DNA of 33,016 bases from assembly GCF_004010195.1 (NCBI RefSeq), contig NW_025215378.1, positions 191,751 through 224,766 on the forward strand. Direction: 5' to 3'. Source of the DNA: Chiloscyllium plagiosum (lineage: Eukaryota). Positions within the stretch are counted from its first letter, which is position 1; each line of letters opens with the position of its first letter. This document shows, piece after piece, positions 1 to 12,084 of the stretch. The notes beneath the pieces are model-generated. The model saw only the letters and a list, made by a program, of their open reading frames with translations, made no database searches and was not told where the DNA came from. The position numbers were made by a program, and so were the translations under genes.

Positions 1-178
1 ACACACACTAATCCCCCACACACACTAATCCCCCACACACAGTAATCTCTCACACACTAATCTCCCATATCCAGTAATCTGTCACACATACACACTAATC
101 TCCTACACATATTATTCTCCCTCGCACATTAATCTCCCAAACACACTAATCTCCCACGCACATTAATCTCCCTCACAC
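1..178. repeat. Degenerate tandem repeat, unit about 17-19 bp (CACACACTAATCTCC-like)
   Basis: Repeated cacacactaatc(t/c)cc units from the window start to about 178. Confidence 0.85.
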
Positions 179-599
179 AGGGAATAGGGCGTGCGGGTTA
201 CTTGAATCTTCCAATTGCATGAGAAATACTAGAGGTGCTGGGAGAACTCAACTCATCACTGCCATGAGATCAACATGCATTTGGAAAGTGAATAGCTGAG
301 ACAGATTATAAATATTGGTTTACCGAGCTGCAACGGGTGATTCTGTCTGTATTAACAATGTCAGTCTTGAACTAGCTTTCACAAAATATCTGACCTATTA
401 TTCCCTCCACTAGCTAATACAGTAGTCTGCATTATCCGCATCCTTGCATTCTGGAATCCCCTTTTGAATCTCGGATTTCAGTTGCATGAGAAATCCAGAA
501 GGTTAGGATCTACTTAACAAGGTCTTTACTGTATTCAACAGGAAGTTTGTAATGGAGTAGTCACATACAGAGATACCAAAATCTTGGCTGTGAGGTTCA

Positions 600-770
600 G
601 CAAAAGGGCTGAGACAGCAGCAAAGTCGGGAGATGTTGGGGAAGTGGAAATAGTTGGTGTTAGTGATGGTGTGGATATTTAACTAATAGATTGTTTCAGG
701 GTTATAGCTGGAACCAAGGTTACAAACAGCCTGCTCAGCCTGATATGGTTGCCAGGGTGAGAGATGGATA
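600..770 (-). mobile_element. Old L2-like LINE fragment
   Basis: Resembles the antisense of L2 ORF2 fragments common in sharks (gatgttggggaagtggaaatag...ccaaggttacaaacagcctg...agcctga); heavily decayed. Confidence 0.3.
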
Positions 771-849
771 AAATACAGTAACTCCTGAATAATGCATTGC
801 ACATCCATCACCCTCACACAAACTGACAACACCTTCCAATTCAAAACAC

Positions 850-1130
850 TTTCTTGCAGAAAAATAACACCTAAAATTAATTTGCAAAACACCATGTGCA
901 TTCTAAAAGTTGGACTGAGAAACCTCTGCTAAATTTGGCCAAGTTAATTTTACAGCTTTCCGCAAAAAAAACAAACAAACACGCAGACAATTCCTTTCTT
1001 GTTTCCAAATGTGCACTTCCAGTTTTACATTTTTTACTCCTGAGCTGTCATACGCTTTTCAAAGCTGATGGATTTTTTTTGTCAGCTAAGGGCAAATGTG
1101 TGACAGAACAAAGACCAGGAGATGGAGTTC
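850..1130. promoter_or_regulatory. Candidate conserved non-coding enhancer with Pbx-Hox and Meis/Prep motifs
   Basis: Non-repeat AT-rich island. TGATGGAT at 1066-1073, CTGTCA at 1045-1050, TGTCA at 1080-1084, TGACAG at 1101-1106. Confidence 0.35.
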
Positions 1131-1699
1131 CGATACAATCTAATTAAATGGCAGAAGTGACTCAAGGGGCTGAATGGCCTCTTGGTAAACACTTATAATT
1201 GAAAGGAACACTCCACAACCATGTTTCGTTGGTCAGTGCACTTTGCAGCAAACACTCTGAGTCAACACCTTAATTTAAGAAACCTTTACAACCCTGTTTC
1301 CATCATGAATATCTTTCAGCACAATGTCTATGAGGAGGAACACATTTATATTCAGAACGGATGTTATTTAAATTTACTATTCTGTGTGTTCATTCTGCCT
1401 GAAGGCAATCGAGTCTGCGGGAAAACCTGATATTGATAGCAGTGCCACAAGCAATCACAGATTTAATTTGGATTCAGAAAGACAGCGACGTCTGTGTGTT
1501 CAATCCTGATGTTAACATTGTTTAAGATGATGATTTGTTATCTTAAATCAATACATTCTGGAGGCAAGGTGAGAGTGATAGCCCTTGACGTCAAGGTTAC
1601 AGTCAACTGAGCGTGGCATCTAGGTGCCCCTTGCAAACGTGGAGTCAGTTGGGTGTTAACGGGAATACACTTTGTTGTTGCAACCCATATCTTCTTATT

Positions 1700-1862
1700 C
1701 ATTCACAGGACGTGGGCATCACTGGCTAGACCAATGTTTATTGCCCATCCCTAATTGCCCAGAGTTAGAGGTAAACCACATTGCTGTGAGTCTGGAGTCA
1801 CATGTATGCCAGACAAGGTCAGAATGTCAGTTTTCTTCCATCAAGGACATTAGTAGACTCAG
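1700..1862 (-). mobile_element. SINE fragment with LINE-B-type tail, inserted antisense in LINE-B
   Basis: tttattgcccatccctaattgccc is the reverse complement of the LINE-B tail (gggcaactagggatgggcaataaa, see 8401-8424), followed by non-LINE SINE body. Confidence 0.6.
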
Positions 1863-2035
1863 TAAGTAGGAACATGGTTGTGGTTGTTGGGGGTCAGTCA
1901 TCTCAGCTCCAGGACACCTCTGCAGGAGTTTTTCAGGGGAGTGTCCTAGGGCCAACCATCTTCAGCTGCTACATCAATGCCCTTCCCTCCATCAGAAGGT
2001 CAGAAATGAGGATGTTTTCTGATGTTTACACAATT

Positions 2036-2275
2036 GATTAGATTAGTTTGATTAGATTCCCTACAGTATGGAAACAGGCCCTTCGGCCCAACAATCCACA
2101 CTGACCCACCGAAGAGTAACTCACCCAGACCCATTTCCCTACCCTATATTTACCTCTGACTAATGCACCTAACACTACGGGCAATTTAGCATGGCCAATT
2201 CACCTGACCTGCACATCTTTGGATTGTGGGAGGAAACCACAGCACCCAGAGGAAACCCACACAGACACAGGGAGA
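2036..2275 (-). mobile_element. HE1/V-SINE, 5'-truncated
   Basis: Antisense V-SINE core (gcacatctttggattgtgggaggaaacc...ggaaacccacacagacacagggaga) and CR1-type tail with gatta repeats. Confidence 0.85.
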
Positions 2276-2427
2276 CTGCCTGAGCTTGCCTAACCCCCTC
2301 TGGGAGTGTCGTGGTTTAAGTTCACCAACAACACAGATAATTACTTGGCCAATTAGTTCCACTCCTGTCTCCTCACACACTGAAGCAAAATGCATGCAGC
2401 AAGGACTGGACAACATTGATGTTTGAG

Positions 2428-2572
2428 ATGAAAGTGAGGAGTCCAGATACTGGAGATTAGAGTCGAAAGTGTGGTGCTGGAAAAGCACAGCAGGTCAGGC
2501 AGCATCCGGGGAGCAGGAGAATCAACACTTCGGGCAAAATTCCTGATGAAGGGCTTTTGCCCCAAACATCGA
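2428..2572. mobile_element. Penelope family A pLTR fold-back insertion with decayed hammerhead
   Basis: Antisense pLTR 2430-2539, then sense CTGATGA-A-GGGC-TTTT-GCCC-CAAAC at 2543-2567 (GAAA mutated to CAAA). Flanked by AACAT(T/C)GATGTTTGAG at 2412-2427 and 2565-2580. Confidence 0.8.
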
Positions 2573-3409
2573 TGTTTGAGCTGATGAAAGTGGTAGGTGC
2601 TATCTGTCCCATGTACCACCTCCAACAAGAGAGAATCCAACAACCAATCCTTAACTTCCATAGGATCACTATTGGAATTATCAACATTATCGACAGCCTG
2701 GGGGTCTCCATTGATCAGAAACTCAACTGGACTCATCATATAAACACAGTGGCTACAAGAGCAGGTCAGAGGCTAGGAATACTGCAATGAGTAATTCACA
2801 TTCTGCCTCCCCAAAGTGTGTCCAGCATCTACAGGGCACAAGTCAGGACTGTGATGGAATACTCCCGACTTGCCTGGATGGGGGCAGCTCCAACAACACT
2901 CAAGAAGCTCGACACCATCCAGGACAAAGCAGCCCCCGCTTAATTGGCATCACGTCGACAAATAATTACTCCCCACACGACTGACATAGCCACAGTTTCT
3001 GCAGAAATTCACCAAAAATCCTCAGTCAGTACCTTCCAAACCCATGAGCACTTCCATCTAGAAGGACAAGGACAGCACATACATGGGAACACCACCCTCT
3101 GCAAGTTGCCCTCACCATCCTGATTTGGAAAGATCTCACTGTCCCTTCCCTGTTGCTGGGTCAAAATTCTGGAATTCCCTCCCTTAGGGCATTGTGGATC
3201 TACCTACAGCACATGGACTGCAGCTGTTCAAGATGGCAGCTGAGAATAAACACCCAACAGTGTGATAGCCCCTTTTGAGGCCATATAGCCTCATTTAATG
3301 AGCCTTCCAAGATATCATCTCTCCCCACTGCTAGGATTGATTCCTTGGTCAATATTGTGATCCCCTTCCTCCTCTGTTCCCCTCTCTGTCTCAGCTAGAT
3401 GTTCTACAA

Positions 3410-3880
3410 GAGCATAAGAAACAGGAGCAGGAGAAGGCCATTCAGCCCCTCAAGCCTGCCTTACTATTCAACAGGATCATGGCTGATCTGCCCCAAGCCT
3501 TGACTGCTCTTTCATGTGAGTTCCTCATAGCCGTCCACCCCCGACATTTCATAAACCTATCTACTTCCTCTTTAAATACATGCAGTGCTCTAGCCTCCAC
3601 ACCTCTCTGGGGTAGAGAATTCCAGACATTTACTACTCTCTGAGAGAAAAAAGTCCTTCATTTCTCAGTTTTAAATGAGTGCCCCCTCATTCTCTAACGA
3701 TATCCCTGGGTTTGAGATCCCCATACTGGTGTAAGCTTCTTCTGAACAACTGACCTGTAATGCCTTCTCTGTAAGATCATCGCTCATTCTACTAAACTCT
3801 AAAGAATAAAGGCCGAACCTGTTTAGCTGATATTGCAATCAGGCAAGAGTATGCCTTTTGAATATACCTCCAATGCCTAG
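3410..3880 (-). mobile_element. Old CR1 LINE 3' fragment
   Basis: Antisense CR1 3' end (cataagaaacaggagcaggagaaggccattcagccc...ggtagagaattccagacatt...gagagaaaaa). Confidence 0.75.
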
Positions 3881-4109
3881 CAGGAGGCCATTCGGCCTTT
3901 ATACCCATGTTGTCTCTGTGAAAGACCAATCAGTTAGTTCCACTCAAAAATTCGTTCCCCCCCCCCCAGCTCTACAAACAAAAAGAGTATTCAAGGGCAA
4001 AGCCATTTGAAAAGAAAAAACAACAAGCAGAATAACAAAAGCCAAAGTAAATAATTTTGTTGAGAACCCTTCAGCAGTAACCTTCATTTTGTAGTGCCTT
4101 TAGCACAAC

Positions 4110-4250
4110 ATGTCACTGATGCTTCCAAAACTAAATTGGACACATATTTGAGAGACATAAGCTGTGGGTCCTCAGGGATAAAGCAGGGACTAACTGGACT
4201 GCTATGCAGAGAACCAGCATCAACTTAATGGGCCAAATGGTCCCTTTCCT
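4110..4250 (+). mobile_element. CR1 3' tail fragment
   Basis: aaattggacacatatttg...atgggccaaatggtccctttcc resembles the CR1 3' UTR. Confidence 0.45.
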
Positions 4251-4260
4251 TTGTGTAGAT

Positions 4261-4415
4261 TGGCTCAGTCACACTAGGAGCCACTAAAGGAGGCATTCGA
4301 GAAACATTCTGAGCATGCCTAACCCCCTCTGGGACTGTCATGGTTTAAGTACACCGCCATCTTCTCAAGGAGAATTAAGGATGGGCAATAAATGCTGGTC
4401 TAGACAGAATGCCCC
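4261..4415 (+). mobile_element. Putative old SINE with LINE-B tail
   Basis: TGGCTCAGT start, a 47-bp core shared with 2280-2326, and tail ttctcaaggagaattaaggatgggcaataaatgctgg. Confidence 0.4.
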
Positions 4416-5629
4416 CCTCCTCCTCTCCCCCGAACAGATAAAGTGGCCAAATGTTTGGTAAAAGAGGTAACTTTTTAAGGAATATCTTAGAGGAGAAGAA
4501 AGAAGAGGTGGTGAAACAGATAGATATCGGGACAGAATTCCAGAGTGTCGTCTCTTTCACAGCCCTTGGGGGATGTCCCAGAATACTTTACAGCAAACTA
4601 ACTACTTTAGGCAGAAACTGTCAGGGGAATGTGTGTACCTTTGATTTTAACTACAATACTGAGCCATAAGTAATGAAAATACAAGATCATTGTGTCATGT
4701 ATAATGATGGGACTCATAATGCCAGGCACCTTTTGTGAGAATCGATGAGCTGAGCAGATGGTGAGGTGTACCATAAATACATCTTATGCAGATGTTCATA
4801 GAGAGTCAAACAGGAATTGCTTTCATTATAAACCAGTCCCCCGGCACATCCCAACTCAATTTTCTTATGAAAGCACAGGATTCTCTGACTTTTCCTGAGT
4901 GTTATATTTTCACATCTCGTTGACCAGGAGAAACACTCTTCATGGTCTGTAGAGGGAAATGAATTTGTCTAGCACCATTTGCCTTACAATGTCCCTCAAG
5001 GGAAATTGTTACCTTCTGATAAACCTCAGCAAAATCCACAGCCTCTCACTTCACTTGTCACTGTCCTCTGCCTCCTCATTCTCACTCTGCAATGGGTGTC
5101 AGTACAACCATTCCCCTTCCATCAATAGTGACAGACCTGACAGTCACTTGTTCCCAAATTCAACACTGGAATGTGACGGCTGGATTATTCTGTAAACCCA
5201 GTATAACCACTCCCCTCCTCCCCACCATTCTCACTCAACCAACCAATGCTGAGTCAGAGATCATCCTGTTGGCATCACATCAGCCATGCTCCCATTCACT
5301 CTGATCCCCACCTACCCCTGCTTCCAGATTTACACGGTCAGGCACAGTAATGTTGAATGACAGAACAGGCTCAAGGGCTGAATGGCCTTCTCCTGTTCCT
5401 GGTTCGTATCTTTCTCTGTGTAGAACATTAAGAAAGGATCCCACTATTATTGCATCCATTTAACAAGCTGTAAATTGGCATAACAGGAGCCAATTTCAGT
5501 GACTGTTGTCCCATGATCAAAGGTGACCAGAAAAGACATCTGCTCCAACCTTTAGTCAGTTAACCCAGAGGTTCCCAGAGGTGGACAGCAGCAACAGGAT
5601 TGGTCCTCATAAAGATAAGAGTGACAACA

Positions 5630-7943
5630 GTATTTAAACAGGGTTTCCTGACACAGCATGTCGAAGGGCCAACAAGAGGGGAGGCCACACCGGATCTGGT
5701 GCTTGGTAATGAACCAGACCAGTGTTTGATTTAGTTGTCATGAGCACTTTGGAGAAAGTGACCATAAATCAGTTACATTTAGTTTAGTGATGGAAAGGGA
5801 TAGGTACATGTCACAGGTCAAGTGTTATCCTGGGGGCAAGGGCAATTATAATGCAATTAGGCAAGAATTAGGAGACATAGAATAGGACAACAAATAGGAG
5901 GGGATGCAGACAATGGAAATGTGGAGCTGGTTTAAGGAACAGATATTGCGTGTCCTTGATAGGTATGTCCCTGTCAGGCAGGGAGGAGGTGATAAGGTTT
6001 ACTACAGAAATTGCACCTCTTGTTAAGAAGAGGGAAACTTAAGTGATGTTGAGATGGTTCAGATGAGATGACGGAGAGTTACAGATTAACTAGGAATGAT
6101 TTAAAGAGAGAGTTAAGAAGAGCAGGAGGGGACATGAGCAGTCTTTAGCAAATAGAATAAAGGAGAACCCTAAAGCTTTCTATAGGTATGTGAGGAATAA
6201 AAGGATGACTAGAGTAAGAATAGGGCCTGTCAAAGACAGAAGTTGGAAGTTGAGTGTGGATCCTGTGGAGATCAGAGAGGTGCTAAACAAATGTTTCTCA
6301 TCTGTTTTCACTCGGAAAAGGAGAATATTGTAGAGGAGAAGAATGAGATACGGGATAATAGACTAGAAAGGATCGAGGTTAGTTACGAAGAGGTGTTATC
6401 AATTCTAGAGGGAGTGGAAGTAGATAAGTCCTCAGGGCCAGATGTAATTTATCCGAGGATTCTCTGGAAAGCTAGGGAGGAGATGTTGGAGCCTTTGGCC
6501 TTGATCTTTGAGTCATCATTGTCCACAGATTTAATACCAAAGGACTGGAAGGCAAATGTGCCCTTGTTCAAGAAGGGCAGCAGAGATGACCCCGGTAATT
6601 ATAGACCAGTGAGCCTTACATCTGTTGTAGGAAAAGTTTTGGAAAAGATTATAAGAGATAGGATTTATAATCATCTAGCAAGCAACAATTTGATTGGAGA
6701 TAGTCAACATGGTTTCATCAAGGGCAGGTCATGTCTCACAAACCTCATTGAGTTTTTGAGAAGGTGACCAAGCATGTGGATGAGGGTAGGGCAGTTGACG
6801 TGGTGTACAGGGACTTCAGTAAAGCCTTTGATAAGGTTCCACATGGTAGGCTGTTGGAGAAAATGCAGAGGCATGGGATTGAGGGTGATTTAGCAGTTTG
6901 GATTAGAAACTGGCTTTCTGTAAGAAGGCAGTGAGTGGTGGTTGATGGAAAATATTCAGCCTGGAGTCCGGTTACTAGTGGTGTGTTTTGGGACCACTGC
7001 CGTCTGAAAGTTTTATAAATGACTTAGACCCAGGCATAGGTGGAGGGGTTAGTAAGTTTGCAGATGACACTGAAGTCAGTGGAATGGTGGACAGTGTGGA
7101 AGAGTGTTGCAGGTTGCAGGGGGACTTGGATAAACTGCAGAATTGGGCTGAGAGGTGGCAAATGGAGTTCAATGCCGCTAAATGTGAGGTGATGCATTTG
7201 GGAAGAATAACGGAAGGCAGAATACTGGGTCAATGGAAAGAGTTTTGGTAGTGTGGATGTGCAGAGGGATCTTGGGGTCCATGTGCATAGATCCCTGAAC
7301 GTTGACCCCCAGATTGATAGTGCCGTTATAAAGGCATACGGTGTGTTAGGTTTTATTAGTAGAGGGATTGAGTTCCGGAGCCGTAATATCATGCTGCAAC
7401 TATACAAAACGCTGGTGCGGCCACACTTGGAATATTGTGTACAGTTCTGGTCGCCCCATATTTCAGGAAGGATGTGGAAGCATTGGAAAAGGTGCAGAGA
7501 CGATTTACCAGGATGTTGCCTGGTCTGGAGGAAAGGCTGAGAGACTTGGGTCTGTTCTCATTGGAGAGAAGAAGGTTAAGAGGGGATTTGATAGAGACAT
7601 ACAAGATGATCAGAGGATTAGATAGGGTGGACAATGAGAGTCATTTTCCTAGGATGATGACGTCAGCGTGTATGAGGGGGCATCACTACAAATTGAGGGG
7701 TGATAGATTTAAGACAGATGTCAGAGGCAGGTTCTTTACACAGAGAGTGGTAAGGGCGTGGAATGCCCTACCTGCTAATGTAGTCAACTCAGCCACATTA
7801 GGGAGATTTAAACAATCCTTAGATAAACACATGGATGATTTTGGGATAGTGTAGGGGGATGAGCTGAGAATAGTTCACAGGTCAACGCAACTTGGAGGGC
7901 CGAAGGGCCTGTTCTGCGCTGTATTGTTCTGTATTCTATATTC
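5630..7943 (+). mobile_element. CR1 (HER1-like) LINE, 5'-truncated ORF2 pseudogene (endonuclease C-terminus, RT and 3' UTR)
   Basis: GFLTQHVEGPTRGEA and SDH endonuclease end near 5640-5765. KSSGPDVIYPRIL, PLFKKGSRDDPGNYRPVSLTSVVGK, QHGFIKGRSCLTNL, DFSKAFDKV, KFADD (7054-7068), [31 protein letters not shown]. Many frameshifts and stops, PQG motif deleted, tail ends in ttct repeats. Confidence 0.95.
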
Positions 7944-8167
7944 GAATAGCAAATTAGGACAGTCTTCTTGAGTCTCTACAAGTACAACCACCAGAATTCA
8001 CAACTGTAACATCAGCAATTTCTCCACATAAAAGCTAGATAATTTCACCAAGTGCAGAGCAAATACAAAGTCCAAATTATTTCCATTAAAGCAATCTCAG
8101 CCACTTATGAATGTAGCTGATTGACAGGGAAAGTATCCAATCATCTCCATTCTTCCTCATTCCAATC

Positions 8168-8471
8168 ACCTTCACCTTCCAAACCCACAACCACTTCCAT
8201 CTAGAAGGACAAGGGCAGCAGATACATGGGAACACCACCCCCTGCAAATTCCCCTCCAAGCCACTCACCATCCTGACTTGGAAATATAACGCCGTTCTTT
8301 CACTGTCACTGGGTCAAAATCCTGGAATTCCCTCCCTCAGGGCATTGTGGGTCTACCCACAGCACGTGGATTGCAGTGGTCCAAGAAGGGCAGCTCAAAG
8401 GGGCAACTAGGGATGGGCAATAAATGCTGGGCCCAACCAGTGACACCTAGATTGCACAAGTGAATAAAAAC
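8168..8471 (+). mobile_element. LINE-B 3' end
   Basis: Matches 3030-3243 and 23650-23930; ends gggcaactagggatgggcaataaatgctggg...gaataaaaa. Confidence 0.85.
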
Positions 8472-8554
8472 TCAAGTAGAAGGATGTACAGCTGACTTGG
8501 AAGTGATTGAATCTGAAAACCCAGAAATGTCTGTGTGCTGTAGAGCTAAAATCA

Positions 8555-8640
8555 GCAAGTGGGTATCGTTTAGCCTGGGGTTATGGTCAGCATGGACTGG
8601 TTGGACCGAAGGGTCTGTTTCCGTGCTGTATGACTCTGTG
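8555..8640 (+). mobile_element. CR1 3' tail
   Basis: catggactggttggaccgaagggtctgtttccgtgctgtatgactct, same tail as 11936-11991. Confidence 0.8.
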
Positions 8641-8869
8641 ATCACTGATAGCTGCCCTATCGTGCACAGGGACCAAGCCAAATTACCTTTATTCAACAGA
8701 ATAGTTAAACAACATTTCTCCGAATGATTATTAGAACCGTATTTTAGTGTAGAATTCTGATTCACCTGTAAGTACTAGTTAGTATTGTCATGTTGAGGTG
8801 TTATCTAAAATGTTAATTTATCACATCATTGACTGAACATTTTTAGGTATTAAAGATATTTTGAAAATA

Positions 8870-9082
8870 ACACTCAGGGAGGGTGATGAACAGGTGGAAT
8901 GAGCTGTCAGAGGAAGTGGTGGAAGTGGGTACAATTACAACATTGTATTTGGATGCGTATATGGATAAGAAGGGTTTAGAGGGGCATGGGCCAAATGCTG
9001 GCAAATGGGACTGGATCAGTTGGGACATTTGGTTGTCAAGTTGGACCGAAGGGTCTATTTCTGTGCTGTATGACTCTCTATA
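8870..9082 (+). mobile_element. CR1 3' fragment
   Basis: WNELSEEVVEVGTITT...LDAYMD followed by the 3' UTR ending ctgtatgactcta. Confidence 0.85.
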
Positions 9083-9149
9083 ACTTCATGACTCGCTAAT
9101 GCAAAATGCACAGGCTACAGCAGCAATAATACTGCATTTGCAAAGAACA

Positions 9150-9432
9150 AGGTGGACAGGAAAGGTCTCTTGGTACGACTTTGAAGAAGAGCAGATGTTG
9201 TCTCCTGTGTCCTCGCCAATTTTTGTCCCTCGACCATAATTGCTGAAACAGAACAGATGGTTTCAAGCTCACTATCATTTCCAAGCTTGTAGAATCTTGC
9301 TGTGCATTATTAACGGTTATGTTCTGCACAGCACAGCAGTGATTACAATTTGAAAGTACATTATTTGCTGTAAAACTGTTTGGGAAAAACTGTGGTGTTG
9401 AAAGTGCAATAAAAATGCAAATCAACTTCCTT
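9150..9432 (+). mobile_element. Deu-domain SINE (SacSINE1/AmnSINE1-like)
   Basis: ttgaagaagagcag...gtgtcctcgccaa...atcttgctgtgc...cagtgattacaatttgaaagtac...gctgtaaa...aaatgcaa follows the Deu-domain plus L2-tail order. Confidence 0.65.
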
Positions 9433-9564
9433 TCTCTGGGTTGTGGTCACTCAATAAAATTCATATCTCAGCCACCTTGTGTTAGGACAACACTTACACA
9501 GATCTTCCTTTCAGGTTTTTCTCTGTCACGACAAGGCTACAAAATAATTTGTTAATGAAGAGCT

Positions 9565-10362
9565 TCTGTTAGCACATTTTGGGAAGATTTGTAGCTCAGG
9601 TTGAGGTTCTGGATGTAGGTTTGCTTGCTGAGCTGCAAGGTTCGGATGTTTCGTCACCATATCAGGTAACATCATCAGTGAGTCTCTGGATGAAGCACTG
9701 GTAGTGTAGCCCACTTTCTATTTATGTGTTTAGGTTTCCTTGTGTTGGTGACATCATTTCCTGTGGTGATGTAATTTCCTGTTCTTTTCCTCAGGGAGTG
9801 GTAAAGAGGAACCAAGTCAATGTGTTTGTTATAGAGTTCCAGTTGGAATGCCATGCACCTAGGAGTTCTCATGCATGTCTCTGCTTAGATTGTCCTAGGA
9901 TGGGTAAGTCGAAATTGTGTCCTTCCTCATCTGAATGTAAGGACACTGGTGAGAGAGGGTCATGTGTTTTTGTGGCTAGTTGATGTTCGTGTATCCTGGT
10001 GGCTAGTTTTCTGCCTGTTTGTCCAATGTAGTGTTTGTTACAGTCCTTGCAAGGTATTTTGTAAATGACATTAGAGTTGCTTGTTGTCTGTATAGGGTCT
10101 TTCACATTCATTAGCTGCTGTTTTAGTGTGTTGGTGGGTTTGTGGGCTACCATGATGTCAAGGGGTCTGTGTAGTCTGGCAGTCATTTCTGCATTGTCTT
10201 TGATGTAAGGGAGGGTGGCTAGGGTTTCTGGATGTGTTGTGTCTGCTTGTTTGGGTTTGTTGCTGAGAAATCAGCGGACTGTGTTCATTGGGTACCCATT
10301 CTTTTTGAATATACTGTACAGGTGATTTTCCTCTGCTCTGTTTAGTTCCTCTGTGCTGCAGT
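9565..10362 (-). mobile_element. Penelope-like element family C (Penelope/Poseidon type), 5'-truncated: GIY-YIG endonuclease and 3' pLTR
   Basis: ORF 9869-10186: KPTNTLKQQLMNVKDP...NVIYKIPCKDCNKHYIGQTGRKLATRIHEH (GIY-YIG). pLTR with hammerhead at 9641-9682. Confidence 0.92.
9641..9682 (-). ncRNA. Minimal type I hammerhead ribozyme, family C (decayed)
   Basis: Minus strand reads CUCA-CUGAUGA-U-GUUACC-UGAUAU-GGUGAC-GAAA-CA-UC-CGAA. Helix I partly mismatched; ACGU appears changed to ACAU. Confidence 0.7.
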
Positions 10363-10814
10363 TAAAATAATGTTCTAATGCAGCTTCGTATCATTGAGGA
10401 GGTTTCAGGCCAATCCACATCCAGCAACCTGGTCTGAAAACTCTGCTCGTAATTTGACAACCAGGAAAAATAGTATCACAGCAGCACAGGCAATCCACAA
10501 CATTCCATATCAATGTCAATTTACCTCCCAAAGCTAACAGATCCTTTCAAAACATTGCAGGATTAAGACCCACAGGTTAAAGTTCTCTAATTGCAGTTAG
10601 AGTGTGGTTTTGAGTTTCATTGGGCTAAATCTTATGTTTTTTGATGAAGTGGGTGTTTTTGAAGGGATTCTCACTGTAAGGCTGAGCACATTTGCTCACT
10701 GAACGTACCTCATCTCTACGGCAACCTTCTCGTCCAAATCTAGCCTTGACGTACCATGTGCCATTTCCCAGAACAACTCATCACTCACTCAACATCTGCC
10801 AAACCATCAGCAAT

Positions 10815-10960
10815 CTGTGCTCTCAGATGGTCACCACGCCTCAGGTGAGGGGAGAGGTTGAGAAGGAGACTCCTTCAGGGTTACCTCAGCTGGTGCGGGA
10901 ATTGAACCCATGTAGTTGGCATCGCTCTGCATTGCAAACCAATCAATGGCCCTGCTAGAA
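10815..10960 (-). mobile_element. tRNA-derived SINE fragment
   Basis: Minus strand has the B-box GGGTTCAATTCCCGCACC followed by a non-tRNA body (ctccttctcaacctctcccctc). Confidence 0.6.
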
Positions 10961-11094
10961 ACATGGGCTGCCTCACATCACCAATCAGAGGGTCTCCTAA
11001 GGGTGCAATGAGCCATGTTTCAAGTGGGTACCCTGTCAGTAGCGATCCCTATATCCCTATTTGGCCTTCCCTATCAGGCAGGATATTGGGGGAG

Positions 11095-11210
11095 CTGGTA
11101 ATGCCGCTAAACTCATAACACCCAAAAATCTCAACCTAAAGTCTGGGGTACATGGGATCAAATCCCCCCAAAGGTTGATGTTGAAATTTGAATTCAATAA
11201 AGGATTTGGA
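11095..11210 (+). mobile_element. Decayed SINE head (tRNA-like)
   Basis: ctggtaatg...ctggggtacatgggatcaaatccc...gaaatttgaattcaataaa, with a B-box-like gatcaaatccc. Confidence 0.45.
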
Positions 11211-11466
11211 GAATAAAGGTGTGAATTTTAAAGTGGAAGGCCAGGCAGAGTATGTAGGTCAATGGGAACAGGGAACAGGGCTTGGTGCAAATTAAGGTGG
11301 TAACAGATTGGGTAATGTTTTTGAGTAAAAGAGCTTTTTATCAGTTAAGGCATTTTAACCTGGCTCCCCCCATTGGGGGTACTGTCACCTTGGGATTTTA
11401 AAGGTCAGGCTAAGAACGTACATTATCAACTGGAGTTGATACACAATGCTGCTGTTTTCTCACTGA

Positions 11467-11991
11467 TATGTTCTGGTCGCCCAATTATAGGAAGGATATT
11501 ATTAAGCTAGACAGGATTCTGAAGAGATTTATCAGGATGTTGCTGGGTATGGAAGTTTTGAGTTATAAAGAGAGGCTGGATAGGCTGGGACTTTTTTCAC
11601 CGGCGCATAGGAGGTTGAGAGGTGACCTGATAGAGGTTTATAAAATCATGAAGGGCATGGGTAGGGTTAATGGTAATTGCCTTTTCCGTAGAATGGGTGA
11701 TTTCAAGATTGGGGGCACATTTTCAGGTGAGAGGAGAGAGATTTAAAAAAGAAGGGCAAAATTTTCACACAGAGGTTGGTTCGCATGTGGAATGAACTGC
11801 CTGAGGAAGTGATGGACATGGGCACAGTTAGAACGTTTAAAAGACATTTGGATAAGTACATGGATAGGAAAGGTTTCAGGAGATATGGGCCAGGAGCAGG
11901 CAGGTGAGAATAGTTTAGCTTGGGATTATGTTTGGCATGGACCGGTTGGACCGAAGGGTCTGTTTCCGTACTGTATGACTCTATGACTCTA
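11467..11991 (+). mobile_element. CR1 3' fragment
   Basis: FWSPNYRKDIIKL...ERLDRLGLFS...RRLRGDLIEVYKIM, and tail ctgtatgactctatgactcta. Confidence 0.92.
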
Positions 11992-12084
11992 AGTTCCAAT
12001 CAAATACACAGATAGACACACACACACTCACTCTAAATTTAAAGAGATGTGAAAAATCTCAAAAATAATGAAAAGTCACCGGAC

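Larger units (their letters stand above)
1560..3243 (+). mobile_element. Decayed LINE (CR1/L2-group, called LINE-B here), RT to 3' region, interrupted by SINE and Penelope insertions
   Basis: ORF 1802-2041 has GVFQGSVLGPTIFSCYINAL...MFSD (RT PQG and FADD-like motifs). ORF 2557-2790 has LGVSIDQKLNWTHHINTVATRAGQRLG. Colinear with 22320-23930. Confidence 0.85.

Noticed and set aside
2543..2549. C/D box snoRNA (TGATGA/CTGA motifs at many sites)
   Set aside because: Each is followed by a hairpin and GAAAC-like sequence as in a hammerhead core and sits in a dispersed repeat; no C-to-D box layout.
5630..7943. Active LINE or domesticated RT gene
   Set aside because: 5'-truncated, multiple frameshifts and stops, and the PQG motif is deleted.
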